A stretch of 64,000 nucleotides of DNA from positions 1 through 64,000 of the forward strand of contig JALMLS010000488.1 in NCBI GenBank assembly GCA_038496445.1, written 5' to 3'. Positions 51,556 to 64,000 of this stretch are shown here, piece after piece. This DNA comes from Trichosphaerium sp. ATCC 40318. Taxonomy: Eukaryota; Protista; Tubulinea. The notes under the pieces were generated by a model. That model made no database searches. It saw only the letters and a program-made list of their open reading frames with translations, and was not told where the DNA came from. Within the stretch, counting starts at the first letter, position 1. Each line of letters opens with the position of its first letter. Both the position numbers and the translations under genes were made by a program.

Positions 51556-54245
51556 ATGCGGGCTGTAGTCTTTGCGCTGATAATTTGTACGTCTAACTGC
51601 TCTGAAATTTAGAGTTTCTGATTGCAACATGTAGGTGCTTATTGTACTGTAAGCGTATCAAGTATGCGTACGTACCATGTTTTAGCTTTATTGAGTAATT
51701 TTTAACGGTGCCGCAACAGCGTACACATTTAAACAGGCTCTTTCTGGTAATGGCAACCAGATCGAGCGTACTGGAGAGTCTGTTGCAGTTTCAAGTGATG
51801 GTGAAGTATTTCTTGGTGGCTGTATGTTCACTACGCGTTACATATAACCACGCTTACTCATTACTTATAGCACCGTACTATAAGGGTTTTGAAGGTGCTG
51901 GCTACTTTTGGAAAAGATCACCAACTGTTGTAAGCCAGTGGGACAGAGTAGACATTACATGCGTTGAGGTACAGAATTCCTGAGAAGTACTAGTACAAAG
52001 TACAAACTTATTTCTCGAATTGCTTACCAGATTAAGGCACCTGACAGGGACGGGACGTTTCTACCGTTAGGTGTAGTACGTAATGGAACACAAGGGTTCT
52101 CAGTTGCGTTGTCAAGTGATGGAACAATGTATGTCTTTCTTTTTTTTGGGCAAATTTGGGTTTTGATTGTTGTTAACTTGCATGTCATAGCGGAGTACTC
52201 GGCGCACCAAATGAGATGAACCGAGCAGGGAACGTGTACGTGATTGCCTATATGTTTTCAGCTTGTCAATTGTCAACATGGGGTAACAGCATACGGCGAT
52301 TGTAAATTGTTTATTTATGTCACTTAGAATTTGGAGGATCAAGCAGTCCAGGTTCTATGCTTGGAACATCTGTTGCCATTTCAGACAATGGTCAAATCAT
52401 CGTTGCTAGTAGCGTGAATGCAGTTACTACTTATGAATTGGTTAATCGTTGGCCAATACGGTACAGTAATAATGGCACTTTATCGCGAAACAATGCCACT
52501 TTTGTATGTAATCCAACTTACATTAGACATTTTGAAAACAAACTTCTAGGGTCATGCAGTAGCAATAGACGGTACTGGAAGTGTACTAATGGTCGGTACT
52601 CCTGGAAACGCAACAGTACGCTATTAGTTCATTTCATTTGTTTCGTGTAACAATGCTTAGGTGGGCCAGGCGTTTGTGTACGTGCGCAATGTAAGTATGC
52701 ACACCTGGGACATTGAAGGCACGTCCATTTTATTTATTTATGAACAAGCAATTAACACAACACCTTAGAGATTTTGACACCTTCAAATAACTCCATTGTT
52801 GGCACATCAATCGGCTTTGGAACGTCTGTGGAAATAAGTGCTGACGGAAGTCTGATTATTGTTGGAGCACCTATGGATAACAACGGTGTAGGCGCCGTGT
52901 GGGTGTATACAAGGTAGAGAGCTTTGGACATTAGAATTTATATATTTAACGAGTACAAAGGTCTGGTGGTTCACCAGCAAGTATCAGAGGGGCAAAAATA
53001 AGTCCTAGCGATGCATTGAACACTAAGATGTTTGGCTACAGTGTAGATATTAGTGATTCAGGAGATGTTTTAGGTACTGTTATCTTCCTTGGCTAAAGAC
53101 TAACACTGTCTAGTAATTGGGGCTCCAGATAGTGTTCCTAGCGGAAGAGTGTTCACCTACAAGTGGAATGCTACGGTGGCTACATATGTACTCTTTCAGC
53201 AAAACACTAGTCCTAACCTTGGCGTTGGCTTGAGTACGCCACTTAGTGGACAATCTGTTGCCTTGTCAGGGGACGGTACAACTATTTTGTTTGGTGCCCC
53301 TCTTGCAACAATGGGTCAAATTACAGTCATTGACACGAGTGCGCATTGCAATCGTTTGTAGACCACATCTAACAGTAATGAATAGATGATACAGATGGCC
53401 GCCTTGGAAATCCACTTTTAGATCCTTTATTGTTGGATGCGCGTACAGATTCATGCCTTGTAGATGCCTCTCTACAAACTTGCTCAGCATGTGCCAAGAC
53501 GTGGGATTGTGTTTGGTGTTCTCATAATAGTTCATACCAGTATTGTATAAGCGGTAATCTCCTAGGAACAAAGAAAGCCGAGTATGCTAAATTGAATGTT
53601 TCTGTTCTTTGACTTTTTGAATAGGTTCTGCCAAGGATACCCAGGAACTGACGCAGAGTGGTTTTTTAAGCAATGCTCTTGTAAGTGCCACCGAATATAG
53701 TCTTACCACACTTGTATCTTACTTCTTACACTTGCAGGGTCTGGGCAATCCATGTCGACAAACGGGACATACGTCATTACCATTGTATTGGTGGTCGTTG
53801 CGTTTTTACTTAGCATACTATGTTGCATCATTATTTGTTGCTACTATTGTTGCCAAGCGGATGAATCTATGCAGTGCGTTACCTACAGAACGCCATATAT
53901 TTAAAGTATAAATAGTGCGCCTAAGCAGCCAACAAAAACCAAGAAGAAAGAAGAAGCAACATCTAGTCAGAAGGCGACACAAACAACAAAGAGCAATAGT
54001 TGTACGTACAAAGCTTGGGAGCTTAAATTGGCTAATAGACATTGGTAGTGGCTTCGTCAAAGGATGTAGAACTGCAAGAAAGCTCCAGAGGTGCTATGAA
54101 AGCCAGTGCCAATGTAGAACTACAAGAGTCAACAAAAGGCAATGACGACATTGAACTACAATCACCAAAGCCAGACAAAGAGCTTGATTCTTATGAGACG
54201 ATTAGTTCTGACGGTACGGACATAGAGCCTATCTATATAAATTAA
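51556..54245 (+). CDS. Type I membrane protein: signal peptide, 7 FG-GAP repeats, PSI domain, TM, cytoplasmic tail
   Basis: MRAVVFALII; blades GESVAVSSDG, GFSVALSSDG, GTSVAISDNG, GHAVAIDGTG, FGTSVEISADG..VGAP, FGYSVDISDSG..IGAP, GQSVALSGDG..FGAP; PSI CSACAKTWDCVWC..CISG..WFFKQC; TM VITIVLVVVAFLLSILCCIIICCYYCC. Confidence 0.8.
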
Positions 54246-54494
54246 TAGTAATTCTCTAATTAAAACCTTGTTTAGGGGACTACTACTAGCAAAAGACTTT
54301 GACAACGCAATTGATTCGTAATACACTTAGTAAAGTAATTTATTCTCTTTCTTACTATTTTCTTATCTCAATCCTTTCTTGTGCAAATTTCGTAGATTGT
54401 CCGAGCAAAAAAAAAAGTTGTTGAAGGTAATATTTTTTATTAATTCGAGGATTTTTGTTTTATTTTTTGAAATCCTGCTTATACAAATGCCCGT

Positions 54495-57400
54495 TTAAGC
54501 GATTGCCTTATCAGCAAACTCTTGTCCAAGCTTAATAGCAGCTGGTACTTTATCAGGGTGCTGACCATTACCTTGGGATTTGGCAGGTTTACCACCGCCA
54601 TTACCACCAACAGTGGTAGCAACAGTCTTGACCCACTTTCCAGCGTCCAATTTACCTTGCAAATCTTTTGGTACAGTTGCAATGATAAAGATTGGCTTTT
54701 TCTTCTTCTTTGGATCAACATGAACAAGAAGGGAAGCGATACCTTTATCCAAGAAAATCTTGGCAGCATCATTAAGCGCCTTGTTAGGCTTGCTTCCACT
54801 CACACTCAATTCACCAATGTAAATCTTTTTGCCTTGCTCAACGAGCTCCGAGGAGATCTTTTCAGCAGTAACAAGAGCATCCTATACACGCACAGTATTA
54901 GTGGGAATTCGCAGAAAATAATTGTTCGTACCTTGAGAGAGTCTTTTCCTAGATCGATGACGATACGTGAAATCTTTTCGATGCGTGCATCCAGCTCCTT
55001 GCGCATGTACGCAGGTACAGTCAATTCTTGCAATAGTGTAGCGACACGCTTGTACTCTGATACGACCTCATCTGTCGATGTCTTTTCCAAAGCATCCATT
55101 TGCTGTGCGAGAATACCAGCATTTTCAAGGTATTGACTAAAAACACCATTTAACAAAAAAAAGGAACCATACACAAAATCCATAATTTTACTGCAAGTGG
55201 CTTATGACTCGCGCCGTACCTTGCTTCATCACCAGTAGCACAGGTAACACGTCTGACACCAGCACCTAGGCCATCTTCTGACACGATAGTGAATTTTTGA
55301 GCTTCGGATGATCTGCCCAAATGAGTACCTAAAAAACGCGGTTAAACCTCAAAAGAAATAAAATGGAACATGGAAAAATAAAACTTACCACCACAGAACT
55401 CAATAGCAAAATCTTTCCATTTGCTATTAGTTGGGTCAGCAATGAGCTCATCTACTGAAGGACCTACGAAACAAAAAAAAGTAAGTAAAAGACAATCACG
55501 TGACAGCTGATCGAATTCGATGCGCTTACCAACTGAAACGACACGGACAAGATCAGGGTATGTCTCGTTGAATACTTTACGTAATCCAGAAATATCAAGT
55601 GCTTTTTCTTTTTGGACTTCCTTGGAGGATACGACCAAATCAGCATCAATAATGGCTTGAACACCCATATCTACAGCCTTGAGTTCTTCCTTTGACAATG
55701 GCTTGTCGTGAGAGAAATCAAATCTGAACTCTGTTGTTTTAACAAGAGATCCCTTTTGAGCTACATGATCGCCCAATGCGTTCCTAAACGTTTACAAAGT
55801 AAGCAAAAAACAAGGCCAAGTCAACCAAAAAAGAAAAAAAAAAAAGAAAAAGATTTGACCATCTGTACCTTAGAGCAAAGTTGACAAGATGCGTTGAGGT
55901 GTGGTTAGACATGATTGGCTTTCTTCTGTTAATATCGATAATAACATTTACTTTATCACCAGTCTTGAAGGTAGAACCATCACCCAAAGTACCAATATGA
56001 AGAACGTAATCTCCATAGCGTTGGCAATCGCTAACAATAAATTGAAAGTCGCCACATTCAATGATACCAGTATCATAGATTTGACCACCACCCTCTGAGT
56101 AAAAGTTTGTACTAGCCAAGATCAACCCGATCTCCTTAGAATCCTGAAACGATCCATTAGCACAAAGAAAAAAAAACCAAACAATAAAAACACGTGAAAC
56201 GTGCGAATAGACAAGACGTACACAGAATGATTCTGGAAAATCTCTACCATTGAAGATGGCAACAATTGTAGTCTCTACGTCATCCAAACCAAATTTTGGG
56301 CTATCGTCAGTAGGAGCAATGTTTTTCTTTTTAAGAGCCTCAGTCTATAGCACGCAAATACAAGTAAGTATAACGCAGTCAATTAAACAAAAAAAATTAC
56401 AAACGCCACGCACATGTTCAGCGCTCATCAACAACTTGCTTGCAGCTGCACGTCTCTCCATCTCAGCATCATGAGACACATCTTGAGAGCATATCAGTCG
56501 CAACACCAAACGTAAAAAAAACCAAGAGATGCAACGTACCTTGCAATTTCTTCATGCGTGCATTAAAGTCTTCCAAGTCAACCTTGATGCCTATTTCTTC
56601 CGCTTTGAGCGTAATCAACTCAATATCGAATCCAATAGCGTTGTACAATGTGAAGACATGTTTGCCGTTCATTGTATCTCCTTTTTTCAAGCTCTTTGTC
56701 CACCTGTCAAAGGCGTGGTTTCCTGGGTTTCCATACGTTAGTGGGGCAACACATTTAACAAAATAAAATTAAAAAGAATTACCTCTCTCCAAAGCTTCGT
56801 AGAAACGCATTTCTTCGTCCTTGATGGTCTTGATAATAACTTCTCTACGCTCAGCAAGCTCTGGGAATGCAGGAGACATTTTATCTACTACAGCAGGTAC
56901 GATCTTGTGAAAGAAACCGTCTTCTGCGCCTAATTTATCTTTTCCGAAACGAACACCTCTCTTCAAGACACGTCTCAAGATAGCGCCAGCTCCTTTTGGT
57001 CCTGGGAGCTATAAAAAAAAAATTCCGTTAGCTCTAAACGGTAATGCAAAATACTGACAACAAAACGTACGCATCTATCAGCAATAGAGAAACTCAAAGT
57101 ACGGATGTGATCAGCAACTATCCGGTAAGCAGTGTCCTTGCCGTCAACGTCATCCTCGACTTTTCCAGTGTATGGTGCAGCACCTGTTACTTCCTATAAA
57201 AATATTAGTAAGTTGTACCCATACACACAGAGCTTGAAATAATTCAAAAAATAAAACAAAAATAATAAAAAAGCGTACTTGGATTTTGGCAAAAATATCT
57301 GTAAAGATATCCGTGTCGTAGTTTGACGGTACGTTTTGCAAAATACTTGTCAAACGCTCGAAACCCATACCAGTATCAACGTGTTGATTAGGAAGAGGTC

Positions 57401-58354
57401 TAAGTTCGCCACTCTTCTCCCTAAACAGTAAACCACGTCAACATCGAAAACGATTTAAAAAAAATAATTTGCAAAAAAAAAACCGTTTGTTGCAACATCA
57501 AAAGAAAACTGTGCTGTTTACCTGTTGAATTTCATAAAGACAAGATTCCAGATTTCGATAACGTCTGGTGAATCCATGTTAACCAAAGCAGAAGCATCGC
57601 GGCCTCCAATACGATCGTAGTGAATTTCACTGCACGGACCGCATGGACCTGTATCTCCCATTTCCCAAAAGTTATCTTTTTTGTCGAACCTTTAGGTAAA
57701 AACCGTTAAAAACGACCAATTGTTTTTTTGTTTGCAAGTAGGTGACGTACGGTAGAATTCTTGCTTCAGGTAAGTACTTTTTCCATAATTCTTTTGCTCT
57801 TGTGTCTTCTGGGAGGTTATCGTCCTTGTCACCCTCAAAAAACGTTACGTATATTCTATAAATGATTAGTTGGACTACAAACACCGATTTATCGCTGACC
57901 TGTCCTTATCAAGTCCGTAAACTTCCGTGAGTAGTTTCCAGGCCCAATCGATGGCTTCCTCTTGAAAATAGTCTCCAAAGGACCAATTGCCAAGCATTTC
58001 AAAAAACGTGTGATGGTACGTGTCCTTACCTAGTTTTGAGTGAGTAGAAAGCCGTTGTGAACATTACCGGATGTTCGTCTTCGTACCGACATCATCGAGG
58101 TCGTTATGCTTTCCACCCGCTCTAATACACTTTTGGCTGTTGGTTGCGCGCGTCAATTTAGCCAGAGGGCTAGATTTTTCCATTGTCCCCAAAAATATAG
58201 GCTTGAACTGATTCATACCCGCGTTTGTGAATAGTAGGGTTGGGTCGTCATGAGGAACAACAGATGAGGATTTATACTCAACATGCTTGCACTCCTTTAC
58301 AAAGAAGTCGGTGAATGTATTCCTGACCTTCTCGCTGGTCCACTGCGTAGTCAT
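54495..58354 (-). CDS. AARS: Alanyl-tRNA synthetase (eukaryotic type)
   Basis: [65 protein letters not shown], editing HTSTH and EFCGGTH, C-terminal GGNGGGKP. Confidence 0.98.
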
Positions 58355-58724
58355 CGTAGCAAATAAGCGATGACGAATATTAACAGGTTTGAATTTTGAG
58401 CGCTTCTCTCTTACACAGAAAAATCGCGGAATACGCCTTGTGTCACAGACTGCGCGTCGTTGTAAGATACGCAATGCCAGCTTGGAGAACTATATAAGAC
58501 AAACAAAATTGTGAGTTTATTTTAAGGTTAGAGGACTTAGACACCTTTGTATTCAGCGCTTTGGCTATGTAATCGGTAGTTTATTACATACATTTGTAGA
58601 TATTTGACACATTGTCAATGACAGACGTCACACAACCGTTAATTATTTGGTTTTTTTTTTTTTTTTGGGAATTTTTCTTTTTACAGCGAAATGTTAATGT
58701 ACAAGTTGGTGGTAGGTTCAAAAT

Positions 58725-59829
58725 TTAATCGCAATCCATTGCGTCACCACCCATATTGCCGTAACCATTTGATTGTTGATTGAAACCTGTGTTTCCAAAT
58801 CCATTATTTTGACCAAAACCATTATTTTGTTGTTGGCCGAATCCATTATTTTGCGGCTGCTGACCAAAGCCTGTGGTACTGCCAAAGCCTCCTGTGTTAC
58901 CGCCGAAACCACCTGTATTACCGCCGAAACCACCTTGATTACCCCCGAAACCGCCTTGGCTCTGTTGTGGATTACCAAAACCGGAGGTAAAGGCGTTCAT
59001 GCCTCCAGAGCCAAAAGCGCTGCTTTGTTGTTGTTGACCAAATCCGTTACTTTGCTGCTGACCAAAGCCTGTGGTACTGCCAAAGCCTCCTTGGCTTTGT
59101 TGTGGATTACCAAAACCGGAGGTAAAGGCGTCCATGCCGCCAGAGCCAAAAGCGCTGCTTTGTTGTTGTTGACCAAATCCATTACTTTGCTGCTGACCAA
59201 AGCCTCCTGTGTTGTTGCCGAAACCACTTTGGGTACCAAAGCCGGCTCCTTGAGTGCCATGCGAAAACTTGCATTTAGCGCCGAATCTACATCCAGCTGC
59301 TGATTGAAAAAATTTGCATGGGCGGGATTTGTTGTTATTGTTGCCTCCACCGCTCATATTCATCTGTTGTTGTCTTGATAGATTGTAAACGCGCGGTTAA
59401 TGTCATTGTTTCTGAATTACCTTTGTCCTCCACCATTCTGTTGGTTGGGCTTCTTTTCGTGTTTGAAAGGGCAACTGTTGCCTTTATTGCAGCCTTTGCT
59501 GGTATTGAAGAATCTACAAGGTTTTTTTCCTTAACAATGTCAAAATACGAATCTAGCAGCATTGGCGTACCCCCACCTCCGTTGCGTGATGGCTTATTAT
59601 TTCTTCTGTTGTTGCCTAAAGAATAATGTTAGAACATGCCCGTGCGACTACCGGAAGTATCTTGCGTGGCTCGGTAATAAGTAAAATACAGAACGTTGTA
59701 AATCAATCGAATTATCCACGTACCGCCAGACATGGACATATCGAAGCTACCACCACTCGTAGCGCCTCCAAGAGCCGATGTAAATAATCTATTCTGGCCA
59801 AACGCGCTTTGTTGTCTATCTGAGTACAT
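58725..59829 (-). CDS. Tandem CCCH zinc-finger plus FG-repeat protein (Nup42/NUPL2-like)
   Basis: Spliced KPCRFFNTSKGCNKGNSCPFKH and RPCKFFQSAAGCRFGAKCKFSH, followed by about 20 GFG/AFG repeats in Q/N/G-rich sequence. Confidence 0.7.
58954..59207. repeat. Near-perfect 135-bp (45-aa) in-frame tandem duplication in the FG region
   Basis: CCTTGGCTCTGTTGTGG at 58954 recurs as CCTTGGCTTTGTTGTGG at 59089; peptide GFGQQQSNGFGQQQQSSAFGSGGM(D/N)AFTSGFGNPQQSQGGFG appears twice. Confidence 0.9.
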
Positions 59830-59951
59830 TTTATGGCAATTAATGGGTGATTCTTGTGCTGTTACTGATTGTGTGAAATTGAAAACGTATTGAAAGTTAT
59901 TGATTTTTGCGCGCTTAACGTCAAATTAGTAACAATTTGGAAACGCCATAA

Positions 59952-62243
59952 ATGGTTCCTTCCACTCTGTGAGACATTTGCGATACTCATAGGAACTGTA
60001 CAAACAGATGAGCAAAGAATTACTACCAGAAATACACGTTTCTGAGGATAATTCCACCGATAAAGGAGAGAACAGTTCCTTAGGTACGCGGAGCAATTCA
60101 ATGTTGCAAATCTGCAATTCACCATTATAACGACCTACAAGAGGTACATACAAGCGAAAATACGCTTAAAGCGATACTTCCAGATACTATTGAAGCGAAC
60201 AAAGCTGCTAGCGTTTTACAAACTAATATAAGGCGATGGAGCGCTATAGAAGAGCGCTTGCGCATAGGTGCGTTGTATTATTACTTGAAATAATATCCAA
60301 TAACGTATTCGTAGCGCTAATGCGTAGGCGACGCCTTAGAGTGGTGACAGAACTTGTAAGCAAAGAAAAATTGTATTTATCGACTTTAAACGGAATGATC
60401 CAAAATTATGTCGTACCACTAAAAACATCCAAACTTATACCACCTGAGGATATCAACAGTACGCCGTAAAGTTATTCAATACAACAATTAGCTTACAAAG
60501 TACGTTTACAAGTCATATTTTCGGATGTAGCCACGATAGCAGCCTTCCATGACACATTGTATACACGCGTCAGAGAAAAGTATGACGAATGGACTAACTA
60601 TCAGACTATTGGGGATGTATTTGTACAACTGGTAATAGGAACCATATGTGTGACATTGATCCTTATTGTTCTGCTTAGGGGCCCTTCTTTAAATTGTATT
60701 CAAGCTATATTAATAAATATGACGATGCGAGGAAGCGATTGGCAGAATTAAAGGAGAAAAACCTAAAATTTAATCAATTCATTAAGGTACTTGACTGTGA
60801 CTTGGATCCTGGTTCCTTCGCTCACTGTTCTTTTTGTGTAGTCAGTTGAGAAGCGAGACACGCTTGAAAGCTTGCTAATAATGCCTGTTCAACGCCTTGT
60901 ACGTGTAAGGTAAATCTACAAAGCTTTAACAAGGTAATAGGTAAAATACAAATTGCTTCTTGGTGAACTATTAAAAAATACTCCAACTTATCATCAAGAC
61001 TATAAAAACACAGAAGAAGCGTTTAAAATGGTATGTACAGTATTCAATTAAGCTTGTATCTAACAATGTTTGTGACATCAAGACGTCTCAAATCAATAGA
61101 ATAATAGATACAAACAAAGCAAAATGGGAGACTAATTCTAGTTTGTTACGTATACAAAAACGTCTTAGTAATCCAGCAGCTTTAAAGTCATGGATAAAAG
61201 CAAGTAATAGATTTATAAAAGCTGGTGAATTAAAGGAAGTTAACTTAAAAGCATCAATATTCTTGGTGTTATTCTCTGATAAGCTATACTTCCTTGACAT
61301 GAAATGGCAGAAAATCAGCATGTTTTCATTGACATCACAACAAATTCTTGATCCACAAGCTTCTATTGATTTGACAAAAGCTTTTATTGAAGACTATCAT
61401 GGTACGTAATATATTTATTTTAGACAAATAGTCGTGACTGTCAGTTTATAACAATGTCTTGTTTACAACCCGGCATAGATACTCCTAATTTTGTAATTAA
61501 CTGCTGGGAGAGTGGTAGGAAGTTTTCTTTGGGTTGTGAGAATGAAGTTAGTAAACGTATATGGGTTAAAGCAATAAGAAAGGCAATAACCGAGTTAGTC
61601 ACACCAAAAGAAAAGTCTCCTCGTAATGTAAGACCAGGTACACCCGTGTTTTTTTTGTTGAACGCAATACAGCATTTTTATTAATTTTATTTTCAGTATC
61701 ACCACTGCAGAGCCGCTCACGTAGATGTTTGTCTTCACTGAGTATATCAAATGACGCTGATTTCTTACTTCGTCATGGCGCTTCTAATGTGATTGGAAGC
61801 GATAAAGATTTAAATGCAGGTGAGTATACGATTAATAGTATGACTGTAGTATGCTAAATACAATTGTAGGATCGGGCGCTTCTCCTCTTTTCTTGTGTTG
61901 GGAATATTCTACTAGAGAACCTTTTATCCGTGATATACGTATATTGAGCGCTGATGACGATTTACCAGAAGATAAAGGAGAGGGAAAGTGGATTAAGATT
62001 GAACAAAATATTAACGAATACGGGACACCATTGTATATTGCCTACCGCCTTGGTGGCGTAGGGCCGGTTATCAAACGTATTTCGGTGATAGAATTCGGTC
62101 AAGAGTACTTTAGGGACGTATGCAATAAGTTTTCGATAGTGCGTAGCGACACCATGGGTAACGGAAATCTAAATGAGGGGACGAGGTCGTCAAAATTCTT
62201 GTACATTGGGTATATACTACAAGCCATTGAGTTTGTAGTGTAA
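59952..62243 (+). CDS. RhoGEF with IQ-like, DH, PH and C-terminal MABP-like beta-prism domains
   Basis: LQTNIRRW; RRLRVVTELVSKEKLYLSTL; LESLLIMPVQRL.KYKLLLGELLK; PH FIKAGEL..VLFSDKL..WVKAI; DLNAGSG..LFLCW..PFIRDI..KIEQNINE..LYIAY..NLNEG..LYIGY. Confidence 0.85.
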
Positions 62244-62266
62244 AAAGTAAACGACATTTTACAAAA

Positions 62267-63410
62267 ATGCCAAAATTGGCAGAAAATCGATCATTCGATT
62301 GTATAAAATCCTGGCGCGTTGTGGTGACCCGTTTGGGTGTTACCACGTTTATCAAGACGTCAAAAGTAGATTTAGGTGTAAACCTCGCTTAAATCGTTAA
62401 GATATTGCGTGTCGTCTTGTTGGTTCGTTGTGCAATGTGTGCACTACGGTAATAGTCAAATAAGATACAATATTATCTTCAAACCGTTTATAATGGACAC
62501 ACAACCTTTGCGGTTTGTAGCAGGCAAAGCTGATGCTATTTCTAAGTGGATATTCTCGCTGGTGTCAAGACGGAATAATAGAACGATTTTATTGCTGACT
62601 TCGTCTATTCTATGCTTTATACACTCTCTGCCATTGATTTACCCGCGATACTTCGTAAACCTATCAAAAGGTGACATTACGCTTCCAAACCGTATTTCTA
62701 ACGTCTGAATAAAGGTAAAACTAAAAAAGGAACCGAAACAGAAGTATGTACCAGCAACATTCCATAAAGTCGCCGAATTGTGTTCATTTGTAACGAATAT
62801 AGGTTCACTTGCTTAGATCTCTTGGAATATTTAATTTGGTAGTGGGCACGTTTTTTTCATTTAGTGCTGTTGGCGGCTTGGACATTCAAAAAGTACCTTT
62901 ATTTTTGCTTAGCCTTCGCATAGCGTTATTTTTTATTTATTACTAGGTTGGTTTGCTCTGTTTGACGCTATTTCATGGTGGTTTCGCGTCAGTTGAAATG
63001 CGTAACTTGATGGACAAAGAACAAAATCTTCATGGTGAATATTCAAGTTAGTCAACTTGTTTTTATGCAGTGGTTACTCACAACACTTTATAGCGTCTGG
63101 TCTAGGATTTGGCGTACTATTTCACATGGCATTTAGCACTCTAGGACTTGCTCAATACATAAGTAAGTTGACTCCAAATCTTGCTTTTATTTTTTTCTTT
63201 GTGTCGATTAACAAAAACTGAATTGATTGTTGCAGCTTCTCGCAATGTTCCCAACTTTCCTATAACCTATTATGGATGATATAGCCTATAACAACGGTTA
63301 TTTTGTATCAAGAGAAATATAATCTATTAAATACGACGAATACCTCTTTTTTTTCAGCACGTGCTGATTTCGTAAGGACTATTTGAAATGTGCTGGCCTT
63401 GAATCTTTAC
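62267..63410 (+). CDS. Putative multi-pass membrane protein, unknown function
   Basis: Short hydrophobic exons flanked by GT/AG (TILLLTSSILCFIHSLPLIY; VGLLCLTLFHGG; SGLGFGVLFHMAFSTLGLAQY). Start and end uncertain. Confidence 0.4.
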
Positions 63411-64000
63411 TCCAAAAGAATACTTGGCGCTAGGTATGCTAAGATTGCTTGAAACACTCCATGTGCCATCTCCTTTGTCTTGGAGCGTTGGTTGACTTGC
63501 GCCTCCCTAGCATCACAGTTATTATGTTTATACGCGTGATTACCAGTACGGACCTCTGGTCCAGATAATTCTATGGCCCACGCTTCATTGCCAACAACCA
63601 TTTGCCTGTTTTTTTAGTACAGTTTGGGGAATATCAACTTTTGTGTGACACGTACCTTCCATCACTGTCAATTCCTTGTATAGTGATGTAGCATTGTCCA
63701 GTATTGATGACTTTTGCCCCACTTACAGTACTACGAGTTGAGGCCTCTGTAGTGGTATTAGATGAACATTTACGTCTAGACATAAAGAAAAATTACTCAC
63801 TCCCTGTAACTACAACAGAGCTTGTTGCAACATTAGAATTATTGTGAACCACCCTGATGTTGTATTGTCCAGGCGCTGATACTTTGTACTCGGCTCTGTA
63901 GTTGGCACCACCACCGGACACATTGGCGAGTGTGGTTGTTGGCCCTCTATCCCGTATTAGTACAGTAAGCACTTAGGAATGTGTCACACTCGACGTATAC
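63407..64000 (-). CDS. 3' end of a gene, possibly filamin/Ig-like repeat protein (partial)
   Basis: GGANYRAEYKVSAPGQYNIRVVHNNSNV resembles the filamin-repeat YxVxYxxxxPGxYxIxV pattern; the gene runs off the window. Confidence 0.35.

Noticed and set aside
54522-59303. Long antisense ORFs over AlaRS and the FG-repeat gene
   Set aside because: These are shadow frames from codon bias and repeats, with no independent motifs.
4255-63400. Alternative genetic code to explain the fragmented ORFs
   Set aside because: In the conserved genes I spliced, in-frame stops fall inside GT/GC-AG introns, and TAA, TAG and TGA all serve as true stops.

Overview
Eukaryotic nuclear DNA from a gene-dense protist-type genome (about 40% GC by eye, many short introns of roughly 30-120 nt, intergenic gaps often 50-160 bp). 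It reads in the standard genetic code. An Amoebozoa-like origin is only an inference from gene content. Bases 1-4200 are a transposon-rich zone: CAGT(A/G)GT-ended DNA-transposon/MITE-like pieces with subterminal tandem repeats, nested in a CpG-depleted decayed gene. About 21 spliced genes follow: RPS6, TMEM170, RNF10, a Ppg1/PP4-like phosphatase with degenerate catalytic motifs, arylamine N-acetyltransferase, VPS8, CCNDBP1/GCIP, an ankyrin protein, TBC1D8/9-like RabGAP, MenA-like prenyltransferase, katanin p80, spatacsin (SPG11), a STE20/PAK-like pseudokinase, a large orphan with a mitochondrial-like presequence, TBC1D7, a solo ET-domain protein, an FG-GAP+PSI membrane receptor, AlaRS, a CCCH/FG-repeat protein, an IQ-DH-PH-MABP RhoGEF and an unknown membrane protein, plus the 3' end of one more gene. 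The best-supported oddities are a U12 (minor-spliceosome) intron in SPG11, at least five GC-AG introns, local CpG erasure in the transposon zone, two pseudoenzymes, an H3-like tail on RPS6 and an integrin-alpha/PSI hybrid receptor. Gene coordinates are spans from manual splicing, and all family calls come from motif recognition, not database searches.
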